DNA of 64,000 nucleotides from Histomonas meleagridis 2922-C6/04-290x (Eukaryota; Protista; Parabasalia): NCBI GenBank assembly GCA_020184695.1, contig JAANOX010000235.1, forward strand, positions 62,001-126,000, read 5' to 3'. The notes under the pieces were generated by a model. It worked only from the letters and a program-made list of their open reading frames with translations, was not told the origin of the DNA and searched no databases. Position numbers and translations under genes: made by a program. This document shows positions 9,157-20,070 of this stretch, one piece after another. Within the stretch, counting starts at the first letter, position 1. The number at the start of each line of letters is the position of its first letter.

Positions 9157-11763
9157 CTATAAACCAATATTTTTACGAAGTTTTATAAAGTTAAGGAAAT
9201 ATTGTCTTCCCTGCGCTTTGCGATCTCTTGGTCTTTGGTTCATTAACACCATAAAGTAATCATTTAACATTTGTTGTGTAGCGCCGAATTGTTGTAATGT
9301 TGCACAAATTAATTGTTTTGCATTTTCTTCGTTAATCTGTAACAATTTCAAATGGAAGTTCATAATTTTTTCGCAAATCTTAAACCAATCGTTTGAATTT
9401 GGGTCGAATTTATTTGTATTAAAGAAATTAAGCATTAAAGGCGACAACATTGTTGCAATATTTATATCTATTTTCGCGATTGATGTCACAATGTTTACTG
9501 CGTATTGCATTAATTTCGGTATATCAAAACGTCTTTCGAAGATATCCTTAATAAATGCAATTAATACGTTAATTGTTTGTTGATTAAAACATTGTGGAGA
9601 AATATTTAATAATTTTGCACAGAATTGTAAGAATTTATAAATCATTTCCATAATTTCTTGATGTTCATCACTCATATATAATAATTCACCAACATTATTA
9701 AAAGTAGAAATATTAACATTCATTAATAATTCCAAGCATTGACTAATCCATGTGTTATCACGTTGAGGATCAATTAAAGCAAATAATGCTTCTGATATTG
9801 CAGTAATTGATTTAACGCCAATATTAGATATCGATGCAATTGCATTAGCTATAATTGGAATAGATAAATAACTTAATGATGAAAATGAACTATGTATATA
9901 TAATGAAAATAATTCATCTTCGTTTATACATATGTTAAACATATCTTGTAAATATTTAGCAATGACATTAATATATGGAGCGTTTTCTTCGAATTTTAAA
10001 AATTTAATAAATGATAATATGACAATAAATGATTGATATTGGTTTCCATTTTCGGATAAAAATTTATTTAAATATTGAAATGATTCAATAAAGATTTGTG
10101 TTTTGTTTTCATTATTTAAACTACTTATTAATATCGCTGCTGCTGATACAAGTGATTGATTACATGTCTGAATGAAATTATATATATGAACAGGTTCAAA
10201 TGTAATTCGTTTTGATAATTTCTTTACAAACAAAACAATACTTTCTGATATGGATTCTTTAACAAGTGGATTTTCAGATCCAACTAATATTGTATTTAGA
10301 TCAGAAAATATTTGTGTGATTTGTTGTTCATTAAAAGATTCATTTACAGCTACAAATAAACTGATTATATCTGTGATACAAAATAAATGAAGTGCTTCAA
10401 TAGAATTAGGTGAAATTTTTAATATAGGATAAAACCCATTTATAAAAGTTCCAATAATCTCTTTAACAAATGGATCTTTGGTAATCATCACATTAAATAT
10501 AGTATGAATAATTGCTGCTGCTCGTGGCATATTAGAATAAAAGTCATTTTGTACAGCAATTTGTGATAATGATGTTGACGTAACTTTGATGTTTGTCATC
10601 ATCGTGGAATGTAATATCATTGTTAACTTTTCACCATAATCAATAACTTTGATGACTTCATTCTTAGGAAGTTTCTGGAAATAGAGTTCAAAACGATTTA
10701 ATGCTGAATCAAGTATTACTTGATCATACTTTGGATATGTTTTAATAGCTTCTAATATAAATGGTGTAACAGCTTCACTTACATCATTACTTTCATAACC
10801 AAAAAAATTAAGCGCAAGCCATAGATAACTATCAAATAAAGGCGTTTGTATGATCTCTAATCCGGCGGTGTTAATTGCATTTGATAATGAAAATAATAAT
10901 GAATCTGAAATATCATAACGCTCATTAATAGCATTTACAATTGCTGGTAAATTAATGCTACTAAGAAGTTGTTGCTTGTTCTCTATTGGCATGCCACGTG
11001 AGGCTAGAGAATTAAAGATATCAAGTGAATCTTTGATAAGTTCTAAATGATTAAAACCGTTCAAAAATGAATTCAAACCGTTCGGATTCATAAGGTAATT
11101 GATGTTGATCCATTTACAAAAGTGTGCAAAGCAATGGAAAGCTACTTTATCACCAGTACTCATCTTGTTAATAAGGAAATTGGCTACTATTTGTTCTGTG
11201 CCGGTTTGACGCATTTGATTTTTGATACGATTGTAAATATTGTTGTCTTCGCCTGTAAGAAAAGAGGCGTAATCACACAAGGCTTCAAGGAAGTAGAGAA
11301 TATCTTGTTCTGGATTTTGGATTTCTTGTTCCCAAAAATTAGGCCAAAATTGAGGATATGAATTCCACATAAAGGCAACTTGAGCATCGGCAAGAGATTT
11401 TACAAAAATTATGTTGTTTCTTTGGGCTTGTTGAACTTTTGGATCAAATAAAATGACTTGAAGAGATCGTAAAATCTCGCCTGGTAAGTTAGCAAAACGA
11501 ACACGACACGCCGCACGAAAGATATTTAATGAGAACATTATAAGTTGAAAATTTGTTTGACTTGGATATTCTGATATTGCCCATTGAAGACCTTCTGGTG
11601 AATTTTGAAAGTCTGTTGCAAATTGACCTGCTTCGTTACGGACTTCATTTGGAATTCTTGGATCTTGACTATAAAGGATGAGGATTTTTTCTGTTGGATC
11701 AGCCATATGGGCATGAATAACGTTATCAAAAAGTGAATTTGAATTATTAAGTAAATCAATCAA
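9157..11763 (-). CDS. Exportin-T/Los1-like importin-beta family HEAT protein (likely start MADPTEK at 11706)
   Basis: All-helical 850-aa ORF. N-terminal IBN-like segment (VRNEAGQFATDFQNSPEGLQWA), Xpo1-domain motif YPQFWPNFW and NRIKNQMR resemble exportin-T. Confidence 0.6.
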   Translation of the reverse strand: MIDLLNNSNSLFDNVIHAHMADPTEKILILYSQDPRIPNEVRNEAGQFATDFQNSPEGLQWAISEYPSQTNFQLIMFSLNIFRAACRVRFANLPGEILRSLQVILFDPKVQQAQRNNIIFVKSLADAQVAFMWNSYPQFWPNFWEQEIQNPEQDILYFLEALCDYASFLTGEDNNIYNRIKNQMRQTGTEQIVANFLINKMSTGDKVAFHCFAHFCKWININYLMNPNGLNSFLNGFNHLELIKDSLDIFNSLASRGMPIENKQQLLSSINLPAIVNAINERYDISDSLLFSLSNAINTAGLEIIQTPLFDSYLWLALNFFGYESNDVSEAVTPFILEAIKTYPKYDQVILDSALNRFELYFQKLPKNEVIKVIDYGEKLTMILHSTMMTNIKVTSTSLSQIAVQNDFYSNMPRAAAIIHTIFNVMITKDPFVKEIIGTFINGFYPILKISPNSIEALHLFCITDIISLFVAVNESFNEQQITQIFSDLNTILVGSENPLVKESISESIVLFVKKLSKRITFEPVHIYNFIQTCNQSLVSAAAILISSLNNENKTQIFIESFQYLNKFLSENGNQYQSFIVILSFIKFLKFEENAPYINVIAKYLQDMFNICINEDELFSLYIHSSFSSLSYLSIPIIANAIASISNIGVKSITAISEALFALIDPQRDNTWISQCLELLMNVNISTFNNVGELLYMSDEHQEIMEMIYKFLQFCAKLLNISPQCFNQQTINVLIAFIKDIFERRFDIPKLMQYAVNIVTSIAKIDINIATMLSPLMLNFFNTNKFDPNSNDWFKICEKIMNFHLKLLQINEENAKQLICATLQQFGATQQMLNDYFMVLMNQRPRDRKAQGRQYFLNFIKLRKNIGL

Positions 11764-12096
11764 ATTAAATCCGTTATATATGAACCAAAAAAATCGAAGA
11801 TTACATTTATATAAATATATATATATATAATCTTATACAAGAAAGACTGAGAAAGCGTCTACATTAGGTGTTTAATATGTAAGCACATGCAATATTATAT
11901 CACTGGATATCATTACGTGCTAAATTTTGTAATACATATAGCATTGACTAATTTTTGAAAATCATGTCAGCAATTCTAGAAAATTAAAAAATATGAATTA
12001 ATTTATTAAAACATTTTAAAATTCAAATTCTCAAATTTGATTGTAATAGAACAATTTACAAGATAATCTCAAAATTTAAAAAAACAAGTTGAACGT

Positions 12097-14973
12097 ATGT
12101 CATCTTTTTTTATGTTCGAGAGTTCATGTTTTGAAAGAAAGCGAAATAATGGCATTAGCCAAAACATTGAATTAAGTTGGACATTGTCAAAAAGTTTAAC
12201 GGGGCGCCCCGATTCCACTTCGTCCAACTGGGCGCTTCGAATTTTAATGGAACCTGTTGAGGAAATACAATCCCAAATACAGCCACATTTTACAACAGAA
12301 TATCATAATGAAAATAGGAGATGTATTGATTGGGATTCTAGTGGATTAATTGCATATGCAACTGGAACATGTGTAAATCTTTCTTATGCACAAAATAGCA
12401 AACTTACCCATATACATTCAATTGAAATAGCTCCTTATACAATTTCTTCTCTTCGTTTTCATCCTACAAATCGAACAATTGCAATTGGAGATTCAAGCGG
12501 GAGACTTTTTTTATGGGAAATTGATAATCGCAGATTCATTGCATCAGCAAAGCCACTGCTTTCCAAAGCAGACATGATCACCTGTATTCAATGGAAAGAT
12601 GATTTAATTATTGCTTTATTAAGTTCCAAAAAATTAGTTTCTGTAAAGTATACAAGAGGCAGTAAAACTGATAAGTTAATTAATTTTTCCATTATTTGGA
12701 AAATTACTTTACCTCGAAATTTTACAGATTTTTCATTTGACCCATTTTTTGAAAATCGAATTCTTTTTTACGGGTATCAAAACATTTTTTCAATATATTC
12801 AAGTAGTTCCATACAAGAAGCTCCTGTATCATTTCTTGAAGAAATTGAGCTAAATCAAAAATCACATATCAAAGACGCGCAATGGTCATTTCATCTCCCA
12901 AACTTCATATTAATTTTGGTTGAGCGAGACATGTTCTTTTTTAATATAGAAAGTCGATCACTTATTCCATTAATTGATCCCAAATCAATCATTTCCGAAT
13001 TTCTTTTTATAACACAATTCCAAGATGACCACACCAAATTCATTACTTTCCATAAACATAACGTAATATCAATATATGAAATGCGAAAGAACATGTACAC
13101 AGTCAAAGCTAACATCCAATGTAAACTTTCGAATTCAACTCCGGTTTCAGCGGTTTTAAGTCCGTTAAACGATAGATACTTAACGGTCTTCTATGATCCT
13201 ATCGGTCTTTCATTTTTTGATTTGAAAAAAACGCGTATTACATCAATTGATCCAACATTTCCATCTGAAATTACTTCGTATGATAGTGATGGCACATGGT
13301 ATGTCTTAGGAACCAAGACAGGGTATCTTATTTTTGGCAATTTATATGATACTATTGATATGAAACGTTTTAAAGTTTCAACGGAACCGATTACATTTCT
13401 CTTATATGATACACCTAAACTCCGTGTTTATTGGCAAACCAATAAAGACATTGGAATTGTTGATCTTGGCACGCGTAAAGTTACAACATTTAAATCGCAT
13501 GGTACAATCATTAAATGTTATGGTTCACATCATGGCGCAATTATAGTTCAACGTGACTCGCATGTATTAGGGATATTTATCGAGGGCAAAGAGCGTCCAT
13601 TAATACTTAAATCGGAGATCATTGATTTATCAATTGATGAAATGTATTCTAATCAAAAATCGGGAAAATTTTATGTGTTACAACGAGATCATACAGTAAT
13701 GTTTTACACATATTCATTAGATGGGATACAATTTGTTGGCGGCATTAGGCCACGTCAAATCGAAGGCGAAGTATTAAGTTTAGCGACATTTAATGAGTTA
13801 TTTGTAATAGGTTATAACGATGGTTCGATTAAGTTTTATAATTCTAATACACAAGAATCAAGTCATGAACATTTAAATTTGTTTGGACTTCAATCATTAC
13901 AATTTGGTATATATAATAACATATTATTTGGTATATCGAATGGCCGCACATTATTTAAGTATGAAAACAAAACTATTAATATTTGCCCATATTTAATCCA
14001 AAGTTATAAAGTCATTAACAATTCATTGTTATTGATAAAAACTATCGATAGCATCGTTAAGTTTATACGTATTTCTGATTGGAAACAAATCAGTAACAAC
14101 TCTAAATATTTACCTGCGCCGACTGAAGATGAAAACATTATAAATTATATTAGAAATAGAAAAGAAAATCAATGCTATTCATCTTTGGCACGTGATTCAT
14201 GGATATATCTGAACAAAAGAAATGAAACTATAATGAGATTACACACTAAATATTGCACAGGGAAAAATGGAGAATTCGAAAAATTATATTTGCAATTCTA
14301 TAGAAACATTATCGAAAATGATATAAACATAATCAAAAAATTGAAATTTTCATCCTTAATATTTCTGGGTGATTTTAAAGAAGCAGCGGAATTGTTATTC
14401 GATCCTGATCCTTCTAAAGAAAACTTTTTATACCTTTCGATATATTCCATAATGTTATTAATGATTAATAATAATAAAAATGAATTGGACGAGAACGTTA
14501 AAATGCAATTGAAAACAACAGCGATGTCACTTTTCTCAATGAAAATGTATGAAGAAGGATCGTTCCTATTGAAGATTGCCGGTTATGATAAGGAAGCGGC
14601 CGTTTATTTGATGGAAGATAATATGTATTCGATTAGTTATAAGTTTATTAGAAATATGAATAATGTTGAAGACCATAAAGAATTGTTGATAATTTTGGGA
14701 TGCAAATGGTGGAAAGTTGGAAATGCTAAATTTGCTATTCCAATGTTTGCAGGTGCTGAACAATTTCATCCAGTTTTGTATATAATGTTCGCAAGTGGAA
14801 TGATAGTGGACGTGTATTTCTTAATGAAAAAAGTCAAAGAAAATGGTTTGCTGAAACCTTTAAATGAAAAGTTCAAAAAATTAATACCACAACTAACTGA
14901 ACTTGACCAGCTTTGCATGATTATAGAGCAACAATTTAATATTCTGTTGAAAAAATTGGGAATTAATAAATAA
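12097..14973 (+). CDS. WD40 protein, WDR11-like (likely start MEPVEE at 12247)
   Basis: N-terminus HNENRRCIDWDSSGLIAYATG resembles the WDR11 start, followed by WD repeats and a helical C-terminus (LIFLGDFKEAAELL...EEGSFLLKIAG..KEAAVYL). Confidence 0.7.
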   Translation: MSSFFMFESSCFERKRNNGISQNIELSWTLSKSLTGRPDSTSSNWALRILMEPVEEIQSQIQPHFTTEYHNENRRCIDWDSSGLIAYATGTCVNLSYAQNSKLTHIHSIEIAPYTISSLRFHPTNRTIAIGDSSGRLFLWEIDNRRFIASAKPLLSKADMITCIQWKDDLIIALLSSKKLVSVKYTRGSKTDKLINFSIIWKITLPRNFTDFSFDPFFENRILFYGYQNIFSIYSSSSIQEAPVSFLEEIELNQKSHIKDAQWSFHLPNFILILVERDMFFFNIESRSLIPLIDPKSIISEFLFITQFQDDHTKFITFHKHNVISIYEMRKNMYTVKANIQCKLSNSTPVSAVLSPLNDRYLTVFYDPIGLSFFDLKKTRITSIDPTFPSEITSYDSDGTWYVLGTKTGYLIFGNLYDTIDMKRFKVSTEPITFLLYDTPKLRVYWQTNKDIGIVDLGTRKVTTFKSHGTIIKCYGSHHGAIIVQRDSHVLGIFIEGKERPLILKSEIIDLSIDEMYSNQKSGKFYVLQRDHTVMFYTYSLDGIQFVGGIRPRQIEGEVLSLATFNELFVIGYNDGSIKFYNSNTQESSHEHLNLFGLQSLQFGIYNNILFGISNGRTLFKYENKTINICPYLIQSYKVINNSLLLIKTIDSIVKFIRISDWKQISNNSKYLPAPTEDENIINYIRNRKENQCYSSLARDSWIYLNKRNETIMRLHTKYCTGKNGEFEKLYLQFYRNIIENDINIIKKLKFSSLIFLGDFKEAAELLFDPDPSKENFLYLSIYSIMLLMINNNKNELDENVKMQLKTTAMSLFSMKMYEEGSFLLKIAGYDKEAAVYLMEDNMYSISYKFIRNMNNVEDHKELLIILGCKWWKVGNAKFAIPMFAGAEQFHPVLYIMFASGMIVDVYFLMKKVKENGLLKPLNEKFKKLIPQLTELDQLCMIIEQQFNILLKKLGINK

Positions 14974-15302
14974 AATATTTTATTTGTTAGAATTAATAAA
15001 TATTTTATATAATTTATTTGATTTTAAAACTAAATTTTTAATAATGTTTTGTGTATGACAAATAAAGAGATAACAATCTGATTTATTTAAATTATTTTTT
15101 GTAAGTAAAAAGCATATAGCAATATACCGAGCAATATAAAATATTAATGGAAAGATTTCAAATGGAATGACTGATAATCAGGTTTAATGATTATATGTTA
15201 GTCTTAAACAAGTTTTGTCTGCATAATTATCTTCCATCAATATAAACATCTCAAAAATTGTTACATGTAAAGACGTTTATGTGTACGTTAATTTAATTTG
15301 TA

Positions 15303-16157
15303 ATGCTTACTCACGTTACTCTATTTTTTGATGATACCAAGGAAGAGATACATGCAGATGACCTTTTTTCTTTTAATTCAAGCCGTGATTTTACAAAATT
15401 ATCATCCTTAGAAGCTATTGTAGATTTACGAGAGTTATCTCTTTCATTTCTTGGTGATACCTTCCCTAACATGAAAAAGCTTCGATTGAGTAACTCCATT
15501 ATTCCAAGTATCCGAGATATTGGCTGTACTTTAGTTAACTTGCGATATCTTTCTTTAGCTCGCTGTAATATCACATCTTTAGATGGAATTTCAACTCTTT
15601 CTCAAAATCTCGAAGAGCTTTATCTTGCTTTTAACAATATTTCAGATCTTTTTGAACTTATGGGCATGGAAAAACTTCGAATTTTAGATCTAGAAGATAA
15701 CAAAATCACAAACATCAACAACATTGAAGTTCTTCAATTATGTAGTAGGCTAAAAGCAATTACGTTAGCAGGAAATCCAGCAGCACAAATACCAGATTAC
15801 AAAGAAACAGTATCAAAACTTCTTCCTCAGCTTATATATCTTGATGAAAAGCGAATAAAGCCCAGAGAGCATTCGCCAAGACCTTCTCGAGCTGAAAGGA
15901 AAGTGCAAATTGATTCACCGCTTAAAACTAAACAAAAGTCTGAACCTCTCTCGCCACATGTTTCATCTCATGTTAACTATGGTTCACTTGCATTCAAAGA
16001 CCCTATTGTATCCGAAATGATGAGAGATAAAATCGAAGAAAGACCAACAACTGCAAACCCACATTATGGGAGAGAGCTTCAACAGCCCAGCCCAAAGAAG
16101 AGCCAAAAATCTGTTCCAAAGATTATACGTCCGGTTTCTTCAAAAGCAAAACGATAA
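15303..16157 (+). CDS. LRRC56: Leucine-rich repeat protein LRRC56/ODA8-like (flagellar)
   Basis: LGDTFPNMKKLRLSNSIIPSIRDIGCTLVNLRYLSLARCNITSLDGI..LEELYLAFNNISDL..LRILDLEDNKI follows the LRRC56 pattern, then an LRRcap (GNPAAQ..YKETV..LLPQLIYLD). Confidence 0.8.
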   Translation: MLTHVTLFFDDTKEEIHADDLFSFNSSRDFTKLSSLEAIVDLRELSLSFLGDTFPNMKKLRLSNSIIPSIRDIGCTLVNLRYLSLARCNITSLDGISTLSQNLEELYLAFNNISDLFELMGMEKLRILDLEDNKITNINNIEVLQLCSRLKAITLAGNPAAQIPDYKETVSKLLPQLIYLDEKRIKPREHSPRPSRAERKVQIDSPLKTKQKSEPLSPHVSSHVNYGSLAFKDPIVSEMMRDKIEERPTTANPHYGRELQQPSPKKSQKSVPKIIRPVSSKAKR

Positions 16158-16786
16158 TATTCATAATGGTTATTCGTATTTAAAATATTTGTTAATAAAA
16201 CAATATTAAAACATTTTAAATATTTAAAAAATATTGATTGATTTTGTACAAGCATTTTTAATTCAAATATAAATACTAGCAGCTATGTTCTTTCAAATAA
16301 ACATATATCTTTTATATTTCTTTAATAATGGATAAATGAATAGTGAGTCAATGTTTAATCAATGGAAGGGTTACTACAATAACTTAGATAGAAAAATTTA
16401 TCGTATTTAGGTCACATTACTTGAAATCACTTTTAATAACAGTTCTTTGATATAAGCAATATAATTTGTAAAAATTGGTATAATAATTAATATTTTTGAT
16501 TGCATAATATTGTCATCTTTGAACAAAGAATTCTCAATCTCACAAAACTATATAACCACTTTCAATGCAAATAATTATCCAATTATAAGCAAATCACAAC
16601 CAATACCCGCAACATCATTCCTTAAATTTTTCACGATAATGCTCTTGTTTTCAGCGCAAAGCAATTCAAACAAAAAGACATTTTAAGGTAAATTAGATGT
16701 AAAAGATCAGAACTATCTTAAGATAATTAATATTCGAAAACGGAATTCATTTCTTTACCAAAATCACATTTAATACGAACGTTTAT

Positions 16787-18943
16787 TCAGTCTCTGCAAG
16801 TATCTGCGGAGAGTTTCTTTAATAGTCTCTTCAAGTCGTTAGAGAACGCGCTCCACTTTCCTGCTGTTTCCTTCAGCACCTCTATTGACCCCCTCATTCT
16901 TGATCTTGACGAGGAGCCCGATCTGGAGTCAGACCTACTTCCTGAGCTTCTTCTTCTTCTGCTGCTTGTTGACGACGTTTTCCTTTGCTCCACTTGCCCG
17001 AGCGCGAGTGGCGTCACCTTATTATTTTGCAACTCTTTGCACACGCTTTCGCTCCACGCGGACATAGCGTCCAACTCTTTGATTGCCTTATTTAAGGCGA
17101 TACTTTCGCATCCAATCGAAGACTTTGACAACAATGTAATTGCTTCTGATATTTGTCGTAAATGTTCTTTACCTTCGCCGGATAACTTTTGCATGTTTTC
17201 ATATGAAACTGGTAATGTGACTGATGACATCGCTGTACTTCGCATGTTCTTATCATTGGAATAATCATTGATCTCTCGGAAACGTGAAACTAATACTTCT
17301 TCACATTTGTTATAATATTGAAGACATATTTCACGTGTGTCATAACTCGATTGTTGTTGGAACTTATGAACTTTCCATAATTGATCTTGATTAGAAAGTA
17401 TTAACTTCTTTAAACTTGTATACATTTGAAGTTTTTGAGTGAGTTCAGTATTAAGTTCTTGGATTTGTTCTTTAAGTATTGTGATCTTCTCTGATAATTG
17501 TTGTGATGCACACATCGTTTCATTTGTTTTGTTGACGTTAACTTCTTCGACATTACTATCAATCGATTGCTTTAAAAGTGTTAATATTTCAATGCGATTT
17601 GATAAACTTTCTGCTTCTTGAGTGGCTGTTTCTTCATATTCTTTAAGTTGTTTGCGTTGATCTAAGATTTGTAATATCGATTCATGAACATTTGGTTCTT
17701 CAAAATTTGGTATTTCATATTTAATTTCAGTGATCTTCTTCTTAAGTGAGAAACAAAAGTTAGCAAGTTTCGTCATGGAATGATAATTCTTTTCGATTTG
17801 TTCTATGGAATGAATCTTATCTTCTGTCCCAAGACCATTAGATGCTATAAGTTGACGAAGACGTTTCTTCATATCTTTGACTACTTTACGTTCTTTGGCT
17901 ACTTGTAACAAAATTGGTGGTGTAAGACCTTTGAAGATATTCACCCCAGAACGTAAGTTTCGCTCTAAAAAGCGAATGTATTCAGGGTTATCACAAGAAA
18001 AGGTGTCAAATTTGTTTTGAAAGATTTTATAAACTATGATTTGTGAAAGATCAATACCAACCATTGAGAATGAACCAGGGTCTTTAGGGTTCTTAAAACA
18101 AAAGAATGGCTCAAAAGGATTAAGTTTTGGAGATGATAATGGAATCCATATCTTATGTCCGAAATGAAACATCATTAACTCTTTGATGTTTTTCTCTGGA
18201 CTTCGATTCCCGGAAACCATTAGAAGATCAAAACAATGTGTAACATTAACACAATCGACATCAGCGTTGTGATAATCTGTTTCCACTTTTTCAATGCTTT
18301 TTGATTCAATGTCAACAAGAATTATGTCCGAATTTACTTTCTTTTGCTCGTTATAGCCACCTATGAGGCAAACTTTGTTGTCTGGTAATTGTGTAAGAGA
18401 ATGATTATAGAATTTGAAGTTGAAATCAAAATCAATTTTGGTGACAACATTTGTTGTGCAATTGAGTACATAAAAATCATCAAATACTTGATCCTCATAA
18501 CGCCCTCCACATATTACAAGATTCCCATTCGGATCACCTGTAGCTCCATGAAATGCTCTTTGTGAAATGGATGTTGTAATATATGTCCATCTCTCGCTTA
18601 ACTTATCTTGTGTTGGGTGGAAAATCCATGCATCATTGAAGTAAATGCCATTTTCATCCAAACCCCCAAAAAATAAAATACTTTGTTTAACAACTGACAT
18701 TGATTGGCCATAACGTCGCTTGAAAGGAAGAAGTGGATCTTGTTGCCATGAATATGTATGTCCAGGAGATGATAAATCAACATAATAAAGAACTCCATTT
18801 GATGAATAAAAAAGAGTTTGATTAACAAAGCAAATATTATAAGAATATGGAATAAGAGGTGATTGTTCTGTGTTGTCTTCAGGAATCTTTAGTTCGGGCT
18901 TGTTTTCGAGTGTAATAGTGGTGACTTGGGTGTCTGATGACAT
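16787..18943 (-). CDS. Kelch-repeat + coiled-coil protein
   Basis: Kelch motifs (RRYGQSMSVVKQSILFFGG, RAFHGAT..LVICGG, YNHSLTQL..VCLIGG) followed by a long coiled coil and a Ser/Arg-rich tail. TCACTT initiator upstream. Confidence 0.8.
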   Translation of the reverse strand: MSSDTQVTTITLENKPELKIPEDNTEQSPLIPYSYNICFVNQTLFYSSNGVLYYVDLSSPGHTYSWQQDPLLPFKRRYGQSMSVVKQSILFFGGLDENGIYFNDAWIFHPTQDKLSERWTYITTSISQRAFHGATGDPNGNLVICGGRYEDQVFDDFYVLNCTTNVVTKIDFDFNFKFYNHSLTQLPDNKVCLIGGYNEQKKVNSDIILVDIESKSIEKVETDYHNADVDCVNVTHCFDLLMVSGNRSPEKNIKELMMFHFGHKIWIPLSSPKLNPFEPFFCFKNPKDPGSFSMVGIDLSQIIVYKIFQNKFDTFSCDNPEYIRFLERNLRSGVNIFKGLTPPILLQVAKERKVVKDMKKRLRQLIASNGLGTEDKIHSIEQIEKNYHSMTKLANFCFSLKKKITEIKYEIPNFEEPNVHESILQILDQRKQLKEYEETATQEAESLSNRIEILTLLKQSIDSNVEEVNVNKTNETMCASQQLSEKITILKEQIQELNTELTQKLQMYTSLKKLILSNQDQLWKVHKFQQQSSYDTREICLQYYNKCEEVLVSRFREINDYSNDKNMRSTAMSSVTLPVSYENMQKLSGEGKEHLRQISEAITLLSKSSIGCESIALNKAIKELDAMSAWSESVCKELQNNKVTPLALGQVEQRKTSSTSSRRRRSSGSRSDSRSGSSSRSRMRGSIEVLKETAGKWSAFSNDLKRLLKKLSADTCRD

Positions 18944-19393
18944 TTCTGAAAAGTGACAAAATTTGTTTGGGTTGTTAACGGTCGTTTATATTTATTTATT
19001 CTTTGAGTAATTATCTAAAAGATAAATAAGTCTTTACTTGAAGAAAATGATCTTTCTAAAAGATAAATATTGGGATGTTTATGAAAGCATTAATAGGCGT
19101 TAGTAATCCAAAGATGATTTTTTTTTGATTTGGAATTTCAACTATTGAATTAAATTCTATTTTCAAAAATCATAAGATCATATTAGATATATTTAAGAAA
19201 TCAGATAAGATAGTAAGAGCAATATGTTTCAAAGATAGGCATCGTATTAATTTGTCATTTTAATGAATATAATTCCATTTTTTGCTGTTTCCTCAACCGA
19301 GCGATAAAAAAATTTAATCGAATTTTGATCGGCATATTCAATTCTTATCATTCCAAATTCAATTGCAATTTGGTTGGTCTTGGTAGTTTTAAT

Positions 19394-19873
19394 ATGTCGA
19401 ACGAAGATTGCCCAGTTGTTGCAACCTTTTTCTCCTTCTTAGGTGTTGCCATCGCCCTTGCATTCACAGCCATAGGTTCTGGTTATGGAACTGCCAAATC
19501 AGCCATTGGTGTTTTTGCTGTTTGTTCAATGCATCCTGAATTCATTTATCGTGGTTTAATGCCAATCATTATGGCTGGTATCGTTGGTATTTATGGGTTA
19601 GTTACAGCAGTTATTATTGCACCAAGCGTTAGACCACCATATCCACTTTTCAGAGGATATGCAAATCTTGCAGGTGGTCTCTCCGTCGCTTTAACAGGTC
19701 TTGCTTCAGGCATGTGTATTGGTGTTGCCGGTGACGCTGCCGCTCGTGCTATGGCTGAACAACCACGTTTGATCATGGGAGCAATGCTTATTCTCATTTT
19801 CGGTGAAGTTTTGGGTCTTTACGGATTCATTGTTTCAATCATTTTAAGCACAAAGACTGCACCATGTGAATAA
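19394..19873 (+). CDS. VMA3: V-type H+-ATPase proteolipid subunit c (16 kDa)
   Basis: GSGYGTAKSAIG, PIIMAGIVGIYGLV, GDAAARAMAEQPRLIMGAMLILIFGEVLGLYGFIV with the conserved Glu. The ATG at 19394 is preferred over the ORF-track TTG start. Confidence 0.95.
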   Translation: MSNEDCPVVATFFSFLGVAIALAFTAIGSGYGTAKSAIGVFAVCSMHPEFIYRGLMPIIMAGIVGIYGLVTAVIIAPSVRPPYPLFRGYANLAGGLSVALTGLASGMCIGVAGDAAARAMAEQPRLIMGAMLILIFGEVLGLYGFIVSIILSTKTAPCE

Positions 19874-20070
19874 ATCACACCCATTAAATTAAACATAAAA
19901 ACCAATTGATTTCTTTTTTATTAATTAGCTATCTGTGATTTTTTGTTTACAATTATTTTCGTTTAAAAAATACATTTTAATGGCTTGATTTTAAAAATTT
20001 GAGGAAAATTAGGCCTAATTTTCTGAACAATGGCCATGGAGTTATTGACGATAACATTTATAAATACAGA